From NCBI GenBank assembly GCA_044236545.1, contig JBIIGI010000002.1, forward strand, positions 134 through 64,133: a stretch of 64,000 nucleotides of DNA, read 5' to 3'. Under the pieces are notes generated by a model that worked only from the letters and a program-made list of their open reading frames with translations, searched no databases and had not been told where the DNA came from. Positions 18,836-26,760 of this stretch are shown in pieces. Origin of the DNA: Chthoniobacterales bacterium. GTDB lineage: Bacteria; Verrucomicrobiota; Verrucomicrobiia; Chthoniobacterales; UBA6821. Position 1 is the first letter of the stretch, and each line of letters opens with the position of its first letter. Both the position numbers and the translations under genes were made by a program.

Positions 18836-20190
18836 GCGGTCAGTTTTTCAAGACGTAGCAGCACCGGTTTTTCAGGCCTCAGGGTCACGATCGGTCGTGG
18901 CAGGATGGTGCCCAGCTCCCAGAGCCTAGCTCGGAATCTCGTGAGGAGAGTGGCCAAAATAATCTGGGACTCGATCATCGCGAATCCCATTCCCATGCAT
19001 ACCCTGGGACCTGATCCGAAGGGAAGGTAGGCAAACTTGTTGGGCTGCTCTTCTTTCCCCGGCTCGAAACGCTCGGGTCGGAAAAGATCGGGTTCCTTCC
19101 ATAGGTCGGGCTTTCGATGGATGGCGTAGGAGCTGATGATCACGAGGTCCCCCTTGGAGACGGATGTCTCTCCGAGCCGATCAGCCCCCAGGGCACGCCG
19201 ATCGATCATCCAAACGGGTGGATAGAGGCGCAGGGCCTCCATGAAGACCATGCGGAGGCGCTTGAGACGGTGGATATTCGCGAAGGTGGGCGTCTCTCCG
19301 CCTAGTTCACGAAGCACTTCCTCCCTGAGAACTTCCTGCTCCTCTGGGTGCCGGTCAAGAAGGTACCAGATCCAGGAAAGGGCATTGGCGGTGGTTTCAT
19401 GCCCGGCGATCAGCATCGTCATCACCTCGTCGCGCAGTTGCCGATCAGACATTGTTTCCCCCGTCTCCTCATCCTTTGATGATATCAGGACGGTGAGGAG
19501 ATCCGGGGAGGAGCCACCTTCTGCTCCGGCTTGACGGATGCGCGCACGCTTCCGCTCGATCATCCCGTCCACGATCCCTTGGAATTCACGCAGCGCGGCT
19601 CTGAGCCCTCGGTTACCTTGTGTCGGGATCCAAAGCGGCAATGCGATCCCGCTGGTAACCCGTCGTGCCAACTCGTTGAGAATGGTGGGAAAGAGTCTGT
19701 AAATCTCAGCGGCTTTGTCCGAGAGATCCGCCCCGAAGAGACATTCGGCGACCCCCTCAAGGGTCGTTCTCATCATCTCCGCGCAGGCATCGACCGGCGT
19801 GCCCTCCGAGGCCGCGCGTTCCCACCGATCCCCGCACTCCGCGGCAAGTCGCGAGAAAATGGGTGAAAGTCGCTCCAACTTGTCGGCATGGAAGGCGGGT
19901 TGGGCTATCCGCCGCTGGCGTCTCCAGAACGCTCCATTGCTGGTGAGCAGACCATTGCCTAGCGCCACGCTGACCGAGCGGAAAGCAGGAGTGCGCTTAT
20001 CGTAATTTGCCTGATTCTCGACGAGGACATGCCTGACAAGCGCCGGATCTCCAATTAGGAGCCCCCGCTTAGGACCGATTCTAAGCGGAGTGACGGCGTT
20101 TTCCCGAGCTGACTCGGTGAAGATAGCCAGCACTTCGGTTCTTAGTCGGGGAAGATCGCCGAGCAGATAGTGTTTAAGAAATCCGATCAT
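18832..20190 (-). CDS. Cytochrome P450
   Basis: Heme-thiolate loop FGSGPRVCMGMGFA, I-helix AGHETTA and K-helix/PERF region (EALRLYPP, FRPERF). Confidence 0.9.
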   Translation of the reverse strand: MIGFLKHYLLGDLPRLRTEVLAIFTESARENAVTPLRIGPKRGLLIGDPALVRHVLVENQANYDKRTPAFRSVSVALGNGLLTSNGAFWRRQRRIAQPAFHADKLERLSPIFSRLAAECGDRWERAASEGTPVDACAEMMRTTLEGVAECLFGADLSDKAAEIYRLFPTILNELARRVTSGIALPLWIPTQGNRGLRAALREFQGIVDGMIERKRARIRQAGAEGGSSPDLLTVLISSKDEETGETMSDRQLRDEVMTMLIAGHETTANALSWIWYLLDRHPEEQEVLREEVLRELGGETPTFANIHRLKRLRMVFMEALRLYPPVWMIDRRALGADRLGETSVSKGDLVIISSYAIHRKPDLWKEPDLFRPERFEPGKEEQPNKFAYLPFGSGPRVCMGMGFAMIESQIILATLLTRFRARLWELGTILPRPIVTLRPEKPVLLRLEKLTA

Positions 20191-20993
20191 GGCAGGGCGC
20201 CGTTGCCTTGAAGAAGATTCTGAACGGCGTTTCTCGAGGAGGTCGCCAGGATTTGGCGATCCTCCACTGATAAACCTTGTGTGGTAACGGGTTCTCCAAT
20301 TCGGACCTCCATGCTCGCAGGACGGACGCGGAATCCCCCGCGACGGAGCATCCTGTTACTTCCGACGATGCAGATCGGAAGGATGTCGGCACCAACGATG
20401 ATTGCGGAGGCAAAGGTGCCGGCGGAGAATTGCGCGACCTTTCCATCATGGGATCTCGTCCCCTCTGGAAAACTGACTGTCCACTCACCGCGTGCAAGGG
20501 CTTCACTCAGTTCGGAAATCCCGGCGGTAGCGCGACGCCGCGTCGACCGATCTACAAAGATGGTGCCGACGGCTTTACCAAAAGCACCAATAAGAGGAAT
20601 GGATGACAACTCGCTCTTTCCGATGAAATGCACGGGAAGGGGAAGTGCGCGGTACAGGATCGGAATGTCGGCGTAGGATTGGTGATTGCAGACAACAAGG
20701 GTCGGGCGTGAGGGGTTTATGTTTTCCAATCCTGAAACCCGGAGACGGGAAAGCCCTCCCCCGATGATGATCGGCGCCCAAAGATGACGGGCCATCCAGA
20801 GCGAAGGTTCCGAACGCCTTGTGAGAAAGCGAACCAGAAGCGCCGGAGGGATCAGGAGCATGCAGACTAAACCGAGGCTAATGGCTTGGATCAGATTGAC
20901 CGGCGCCCAAAGCAGCGTCTCCCACAGACTCTCTGCATCGGATTGCTCCCTGCAGATTGCGTCGCCCAAAACGCCGCAGTTGTCCTTGATCAT
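20187..20993 (-). CDS. PlsC/LPLAT-family 1-acyl-sn-glycerol-3-phosphate-type acyltransferase (copy 1)
   Basis: HX4D motif VCNHQSYADIPIL, FPEGTRSHDG and an N-terminal TM. Internal ATG 20993 lies 5 nt after the desaturase stop. Confidence 0.85.
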   Translation of the reverse strand: MIKDNCGVLGDAICREQSDAESLWETLLWAPVNLIQAISLGLVCMLLIPPALLVRFLTRRSEPSLWMARHLWAPIIIGGGLSRLRVSGLENINPSRPTLVVCNHQSYADIPILYRALPLPVHFIGKSELSSIPLIGAFGKAVGTIFVDRSTRRRATAGISELSEALARGEWTVSFPEGTRSHDGKVAQFSAGTFASAIIVGADILPICIVGSNRMLRRGGFRVRPASMEVRIGEPVTTQGLSVEDRQILATSSRNAVQNLLQGNGALP

Positions 20994-20998
20994 CGGGA

Positions 20999-21964
20999 TC
21001 ACGGGGTTGGCTTTTCCGGCAGAGCGACCTTGACGGAATTTGCCAGTCCTACCCATTTCATGGCGGAGATCACCATCCAACTCGGATCGATCTGCCACCA
21101 CTCGAGACCATGCCGCGCGCTGGTCGGAAAAGCATGGTGGTTGTTGTGCCATCCCTCCCCTAGACCAAGAATTCCCATCAGGGCGTTGTTGCGGCTCTCG
21201 TCGCCGGTCTCGTGATCATGGCTTCCCCAGAAGTGACAGATGCTGTTCACGCTCCAGGTCACGTGGTGAACCATGAAGACGCGCACCAACCCTCCCCAGA
21301 TGAAACCGAGCAGCGCACCGGTCCAGGTCCACGTGACCAAGCCCGCGATCACTGTCGGAATCAGCAATCCCAACACCACCCAGAGCGGGAAGAGTCGGTT
21401 GATGGTCACAATGCGCGGATCAGCCAACAGATCGGGAGCGTAGCGGGTCTGATCTGTATGGTTGTACTCATCATAAAAGGTCCATCCCACATGGGCGTGA
21501 AGGAGCCCCTTCGCCGCGCCGAGAAACCCGGGCTTCCTGCCAGCATGCGGTGAGTGGGGATCCATCTCCTTGTCGGAGTGTCGGTGATGCCTGCGATGCG
21601 TGGCCACCCACCAGATGACAGGGCCCTCGATCGCCATGCTACCGAGGATTCCAAGTGTCCAGACAACGGCCGGACTGGTCTTGAAGCCCGCATGCGTGAA
21701 GAGCCGGTGAAACCCGATCGTGATGCCGAAGCCGGTCAGCAGATACATCACGACGAAGAGCGTCAGGTAAAGGGGGCCGAAGTAACCGCCCCATAGCAGG
21801 GCCATTGCCGCAATCACGCCGATCGGCGGCAGGAAGACCACCACGATGCGTATGAGCTTCCAGAGAAGGGTGTTGGGCTGTACCCAACGAACCTCATTTC
21901 CCGTACCCTTCGGCACATTCTCATTGGCGATTTCTTTATGCATGGACGGTACAATACTACTCAC
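20999..21964 (-). CDS. Membrane acyl-CoA/acyl-lipid desaturase (stearoyl-CoA 9-desaturase family), copy 1
   Basis: Three His boxes: HRLFTH, HRRHHRHSD and HNNHHAFP. Confidence 0.9.
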   Translation of the reverse strand: MSSIVPSMHKEIANENVPKGTGNEVRWVQPNTLLWKLIRIVVVFLPPIGVIAAMALLWGGYFGPLYLTLFVVMYLLTGFGITIGFHRLFTHAGFKTSPAVVWTLGILGSMAIEGPVIWWVATHRRHHRHSDKEMDPHSPHAGRKPGFLGAAKGLLHAHVGWTFYDEYNHTDQTRYAPDLLADPRIVTINRLFPLWVVLGLLIPTVIAGLVTWTWTGALLGFIWGGLVRVFMVHHVTWSVNSICHFWGSHDHETGDESRNNALMGILGLGEGWHNNHHAFPTSARHGLEWWQIDPSWMVISAMKWVGLANSVKVALPEKPTP

Positions 21965-21989
21965 TAATCCTTTAACAAAAACAAGTTTC

Positions 21990-23183
21990 CTAGGGCATCC
22001 GGGACCACGACATCAGGAGATTCGCCCAGACATCCAGTCGCTCTTTTAAAGTCGCTTCCGGATTAACGGTTCCAGTTTTTTGGCTGAAGTAACTTTTATT
22101 TTCCAAAATCAGTTCCAGATAAGCCTCTCTCAGCGCATTTATGAAGTGATCTGCCGTTGTTGATTCATCCCACGGCACAAAACGATGTCGCAGGCCAAGT
22201 GCCGCCGCGCGTGCCGCATTCTTTTGCTGCTCGGGTTGTGCCGTGACGATGAGAAGAATAGGCTTGTACAGAGACTGAGCAGTGGCGAGTGCCGCCATGC
22301 CGGGAGCTGACACAAGCACCTCGGCGCGGGATGCGATATCGATCCAATCCGTTGCGTAGGGCTGCCATCCGGGGCGCCCTGCATACCCCTCGCCTAGGAA
22401 GAAAACGGGATTCCCAGCGGACTCATCGCCACTTTCCTGACGATGTTCATGTGGAGAGTGGACAATTGCTTCCTGAAGCCCCCTTTCCAAGGCGTCTGCC
22501 AAGGCAGGATCGGAAAAATGAGGGTTAAGATAGACCGCGACTTTCCGAGAGGGCGGCTTGCCCCGCCCCTCATCGATCAAGGCAATGGGGGTGGGCAATT
22601 GATGTTCCGGCGATGAGCAATCCACCTGCCCGGGAAGCGGGAAGGCGAAATCATGCACAAGCCTTCCCCGGGCTCGCGACAGCCCCAGTCGCACCAACCA
22701 ACGGAAGAAATGCGCCCAAGGGCCCATCATGCGTCCCATGAAGTTACGTTCGAGGGACTCCCTCAAACTCCAGCCATAAACATGCACGGTTCGCTTGCGC
22801 CAAGGGTGGAGACCTCCCATCACCAGAAGGGCGGGGTGGAAGGAATCGTTCACGATCAGATCCACCCCGGCTGCTCGATGTGACAAGCGGCGGATATCAC
22901 GGAGCATGTGCCAGGGCAGGAAAAAATAGGTCGCGATCCGCAGATCCGTGGCCCATGTCCGCATTTTTTGTCTCTTGTCGAAAAGCACCGTGTAGTGACG
23001 CGACAACACCTCGGCCGGCACCCCGAATTCGGCGAGGAATTCGCGACCTTCATCCGATGTGGTGAGAACCGAAACTTTCGCCCCTCGGGCACATAGGGCA
23101 TGATAAAGCAACTGTCCGCGCATCAGATGCCCCCTCGCGTCGGCGGTGGCCATCAGGAGAATGTGAGGTTTTAAAACAGACAA
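21990..23183 (-). CDS. GT-B fold glycosyltransferase, GT28 (MurG/MGDG-synthase)-like
   Basis: N-terminal HILLMATADARGH glycine/His loop. C-terminal AEVLVSAPGMAALATAQSLYKPILLIV..QPEQQKNAARAAALG resembles the MurG donor-binding region. TTG start. GC looks lower than the neighbours by eye. Confidence 0.55.
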   Translation of the reverse strand: MSVLKPHILLMATADARGHLMRGQLLYHALCARGAKVSVLTTSDEGREFLAEFGVPAEVLSRHYTVLFDKRQKMRTWATDLRIATYFFLPWHMLRDIRRLSHRAAGVDLIVNDSFHPALLVMGGLHPWRKRTVHVYGWSLRESLERNFMGRMMGPWAHFFRWLVRLGLSRARGRLVHDFAFPLPGQVDCSSPEHQLPTPIALIDEGRGKPPSRKVAVYLNPHFSDPALADALERGLQEAIVHSPHEHRQESGDESAGNPVFFLGEGYAGRPGWQPYATDWIDIASRAEVLVSAPGMAALATAQSLYKPILLIVTAQPEQQKNAARAAALGLRHRFVPWDESTTADHFINALREAYLELILENKSYFSQKTGTVNPEATLKERLDVWANLLMSWSRMP

Positions 23184-23285
23184 AACGATGAGTTGCTAAA
23201 GGATGTATGACTGACCTCGGTGGTTAAAATAGACCTAGGCCATTAGAGGCCAGCACCTATTATCGTTCCAGCATTTTGCCCATCA

Positions 23286-24098
23286 ATGCACGCACGTCAC
23301 GCCAGTCCTTTATCAGAGGACACGCCCTGCCCTTTGAAAGAGAGCTTCCTCAAATTCTTGCTCTGGATGCCCGTGAACATTCTTCAGGGGATCTGCCTTG
23401 GCGTCCTGTGTGGAGTCGTGATTCCACTGGCGATTGCAGCCCGGAAGATTTCCGGAAATTCCGAACCGGCCCTTTGGATGGCTCGAAATGTCTGGGCGCG
23501 GGTCATTCTCGCGGGCGGCCTCTCCAGCTTGCGCGTCGAGGGGGTGGAAAACTTATCCCTCGGGAGCCCTGCGCTCATTGTCTCCAATCACCGATCTTAT
23601 GCCGATATTCCGATCCTCTACCGGGCACTTCTGATTCCGCTTAATTTTGCAGGCAAAAAGGTGGTGGAACGCATGCCGCTGATCGGAATGTTTGGGCGTG
23701 CCGTTGGGATGATTTTCCTCGACCGTTCCACCCATCAACGCGCCGCCAAGGGCATCCTTGATCTCAAGGCTGCATTGGAATGCGGTGAATGAATGGCTGT
23801 TTTCCCGGAAGGAACCCGATCGGTGGACGGAACTCTCGGCCGCTTTGCCTCGGGATCATTTGCCGCGGCAATCGCAGTAGGCGCGGATGTCTTGCCGGTG
23901 GCAATTTTGGGAAGCGATAGGATGCTGCGCAGGGGTGGCTTCTTGGTGCGCCCCTCAAGGATCCGAGTGCTGATCGGAAAATCGATTCCCACGACCGGTC
24001 TCGCTTCGGGCGACCGTTTCGAACTGGCGGCGAAAACCAACGCTGCGGTATCGGCACTGATCGCAGGCGCAGACCCAAGTGCGTTAAGGAGTCGCTAG
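23286..24098 (+). pseudogene. PlsC/LPLAT acyltransferase copy 2, interrupted by an in-frame TGA (23790-23792) directly followed by ATG
   Basis: ORFs 23286..23792 and 23793..24098 are in the same frame. The join ALECGE*MAVFPEGTRS aligns to copy 1 ALARGEWTVSFPEGTRS. HX4D (SNHRSYAD) lies in the first piece and FPEGTR in the second. Confidence 0.7.
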
Positions 24099-24823
24099 CG
24101 GCTCCTTAATTCGTGAACAGGCCACCCGCTTAGCAGTGCCTTGCGGGCAAGTTCCCTGTCCGGGGTGACTGCGTTTGGAAATCCCACCGAGTGTAGCAAG
24201 GGAAGATCGTTGATGCTGTCGCTGTAGGCACTGGAAGCGGCGAGGTCAATCCCTCGCTCCCCGGCTAATGAAACAACCGCCTTCGCTTTCTCCAGGCCAT
24301 GCAGAATACCCTGCGGGATGCGACCGGTGTAGCGGCCGGCCACCACTTCGGCGCGGGTCCCAAGGCCCCCGGTGAAGCCCAAATTCTCCGCCAACATCTG
24401 CGATAGCTCCTGTGGCGAGGCGGTCACGATCCAAACCTCCTTTCCGCTATCGAGATGGCGGCGGGCCATCTCCACAACAACGTCTCGGATGGCAGGCCTG
24501 ATCGACTCGTCGATGATTTCCCTGCCGATGCAAACCATCTCGGCGACTTCGGCACCCTTCACGAAGGACGCGGCGAAGTTTCCCCAGATCCGCGGAGCCC
24601 CCGTCAGCTCTTTCCGGGTGAGCATGAAGCGTAGATTGGCGAGGATGAAACGCGCCGCCTCGACGGGTGAAAACATTCCCCTCTTAAAACCTCCCCAGCC
24701 GAGATGAAAAAGCGAGGAGCCGCTGATCAGTGTGTTATCGAGGTCAATGAATGCCGCTGATCGGCCGGTCATCGTCCCGGTTTTCATCGGCAACCCAGGC
24801 CCGTCATGACCGGAAGGATCCAT
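24095..24823 (-). CDS. HAD-IB family hydrolase (SerB/phosphoserine-phosphatase-like)
   Basis: AAFIDLDNTLI (DxDxT), VTASPQEL and SDSINDLPLL motifs. Confidence 0.8.
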   Translation of the reverse strand: MDPSGHDGPGLPMKTGTMTGRSAAFIDLDNTLISGSSLFHLGWGGFKRGMFSPVEAARFILANLRFMLTRKELTGAPRIWGNFAASFVKGAEVAEMVCIGREIIDESIRPAIRDVVVEMARRHLDSGKEVWIVTASPQELSQMLAENLGFTGGLGTRAEVVAGRYTGRIPQGILHGLEKAKAVVSLAGERGIDLAASSAYSDSINDLPLLHSVGFPNAVTPDRELARKALLSGWPVHELRSR

Positions 24824-24828
24824 GATTC

Positions 24829-26760
24829 TTATTTCCTAAAGCGCCGATGCAAACTCAGCAACATCACCAGATAAGCGATCAGCATGACGCCAACCAACTG
24901 CAGAGAGAGGGCTCCGATGGCTTGCCCCGTCGTGAAATGCTCCCCGATATCGTAGAGGGGAAAAGGGGATTTCAAGGTGACGTAGTCGATGGTTCCCCGG
25001 AAAGCCCAGAAAGCCGGGATAAAAAGTTTGGCAACCGTTGTCAGCGCCCCTCCCGTCAAACGGATCAGGATTCCTCCGAGCAGCAGTTGGGGAAGGATGA
25101 GAATGGGAAGAGTCAGTAGAGCCTGCTCGCGGGTCTTCACGAGCCCTGAAATGGTCAGGCCAATGCCAGCACAGACCATAGCGGCCAGCCAACTGACCAG
25201 AAGGAACGGACCCGTGGCACCCAGATGCGCTCCCGCCGCAGTCAGTCGGAGCGTTTCCTGAAGCAAGCAGACCCCCGGAACGATCTGGATGGCCAGTACA
25301 ATCCCTAAGAGAACAATTTTCGAAGCGATGTAGGCACTGGTTCTGACCCCGTTGGTGGACTCCCGTTCGATAATGGGTCGCTCCTTCACGATCTCCGTCA
25401 GCCCGGCAAGAAATCCCAGGATAAGAATTCCGAACAAGATCGTGAACCGGAATTTCCACGTCGGCCATGGATTGATGATTTCCCGCTCTGGAACAACGGG
25501 AATCCGCCCGGCGAGCGCTTTCTTAACCAGCGCAGCTGTTTCTGGAGATCGCAGTCGTTCCTCCAAGTGCTGCTCTTTGTCCAAAAAGACGCGGATTTGG
25601 GCGGGGATGCTGACGTCATCCGATTCATCGCCCTCGGTCAACGCAAGGGCCCGTAATGTGTGACCCCAAAGCTGTCCGGCCAACTGGATTTCCCTGGGCT
25701 CCAGCGGTCGGGAGATAATCGTCTTTTGTCCGAAGTTTTCGAAGGCAAAACCAACGTAGGCAAAAGCCACCATGAGCAATGGCACCCCAATCAGGAAAGC
25801 AAGGGAGCGCCTGTCGCGGAAGAGAACCTCCAGCCCCCGCTGCAGCAGGGCGCTAAACTGACGGAACCACCCCGGTCTCATGGCCGTCTGGTGTGGTTTG
25901 TCTTCAATCACGGAGTCATCCTTGGCCTCTCCCTCCTGCAGTTGAAAAACCTTGTGCAGGCCGACCCATTGTTCGACAGGCAGATCCTCAAGCAGCAAGT
26001 AGATCTGGGAGAGCCGATGGACGCCAAAGTGATCCAGCGCCTCTTTCACCCCGCCCGACCAGACCAAATGTCCGGAGGCAAGGATGAGCAGGCGGTCGGC
26101 AAGTTTTGCGTTTTCAAGGTGATGGGTGATGCAGAGAAGAGTGATCGAGTATTTTTTCGCATACTCGGCTAGGAGATGCATGATCCGGGCATCACTGGCC
26201 GGATCGAGGCTGCTTGTCGCCTCATCGACAATCAGGATGCGGGGAAAGGAGAGCAGTTCCACAGCAAGGCTGACCCGCTTCGACTCCCCTCCGGACAGAT
26301 TTCCAACCTTCGTGTCATGAAGGTGGGCTATTCCCACATCCTTCTCGATGGCATGGATGCGCTCGGCGACCTCTTGCTTGCTAAGCGAGGGAGGGAGTCG
26401 CAGTTTGGCCGCATATTGCAAAGCCCTTCCGACCGGCAGTTCGTCATGAACAATTTCCTTCTGGGGCACATAACCGATAAGGCCGTTGAGGATCTCGGCG
26501 TCTCCGCTCACCCTTAGCGATCCGAAGAGGATTTCCCCTTTGCTCGGAGTCAGCTGTCCCAGCAGCGTGCGCACCAGCGTGGTTTTTCCAGCGCCGCTCG
26601 GCCCTAGCACACAGACAAACTCGCCGGGCTTCACGGAGAGCGAGATATCTTTGAGCAACTCGGGGCCGGAATCGCCTGCAGACACGGCGAGTCCCTCCAC
26701 CTTGAGCGACAGGCTTCCTGCGGCTGAGGGAGATGGGGTCAATGGCAGGGGTGTTGTCAT
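24829..26760 (-). CDS. Fused ABC transporter: N-terminal ATPase plus C-terminal ABC-2 type permease (ABCG-like half transporter)
   Basis: GPSGAGKTT, LSGGESKRVSLAVEL and ILIVDEATSSLD, followed by a ~6-TM C-terminal domain. ATGA overlap with the upstream gene. Confidence 0.85.
   Translation of the reverse strand: MTTPLPLTPSPSAAGSLSLKVEGLAVSAGDSGPELLKDISLSVKPGEFVCVLGPSGAGKTTLVRTLLGQLTPSKGEILFGSLRVSGDAEILNGLIGYVPQKEIVHDELPVGRALQYAAKLRLPPSLSKQEVAERIHAIEKDVGIAHLHDTKVGNLSGGESKRVSLAVELLSFPRILIVDEATSSLDPASDARIMHLLAEYAKKYSITLLCITHHLENAKLADRLLILASGHLVWSGGVKEALDHFGVHRLSQIYLLLEDLPVEQWVGLHKVFQLQEGEAKDDSVIEDKPHQTAMRPGWFRQFSALLQRGLEVLFRDRRSLAFLIGVPLLMVAFAYVGFAFENFGQKTIISRPLEPREIQLAGQLWGHTLRALALTEGDESDDVSIPAQIRVFLDKEQHLEERLRSPETAALVKKALAGRIPVVPEREIINPWPTWKFRFTILFGILILGFLAGLTEIVKERPIIERESTNGVRTSAYIASKIVLLGIVLAIQIVPGVCLLQETLRLTAAGAHLGATGPFLLVSWLAAMVCAGIGLTISGLVKTREQALLTLPILILPQLLLGGILIRLTGGALTTVAKLFIPAFWAFRGTIDYVTLKSPFPLYDIGEHFTTGQAIGALSLQLVGVMLIAYLVMLLSLHRRFRK

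Noticed and set aside
23790-23792. In-frame TGA in the PlsC paralogue read as selenocysteine or as a Trp (code 4-like) codon
   Set aside because: TGA clearly terminates many well-defined genes in this window (nadC, the DevC-like permease, the cupin and others). The paralogue has Trp here, not Cys, and I see no convincing SECIS-like hairpin immediately downstream. Nonsense mutation or stop-start splitting fits better.
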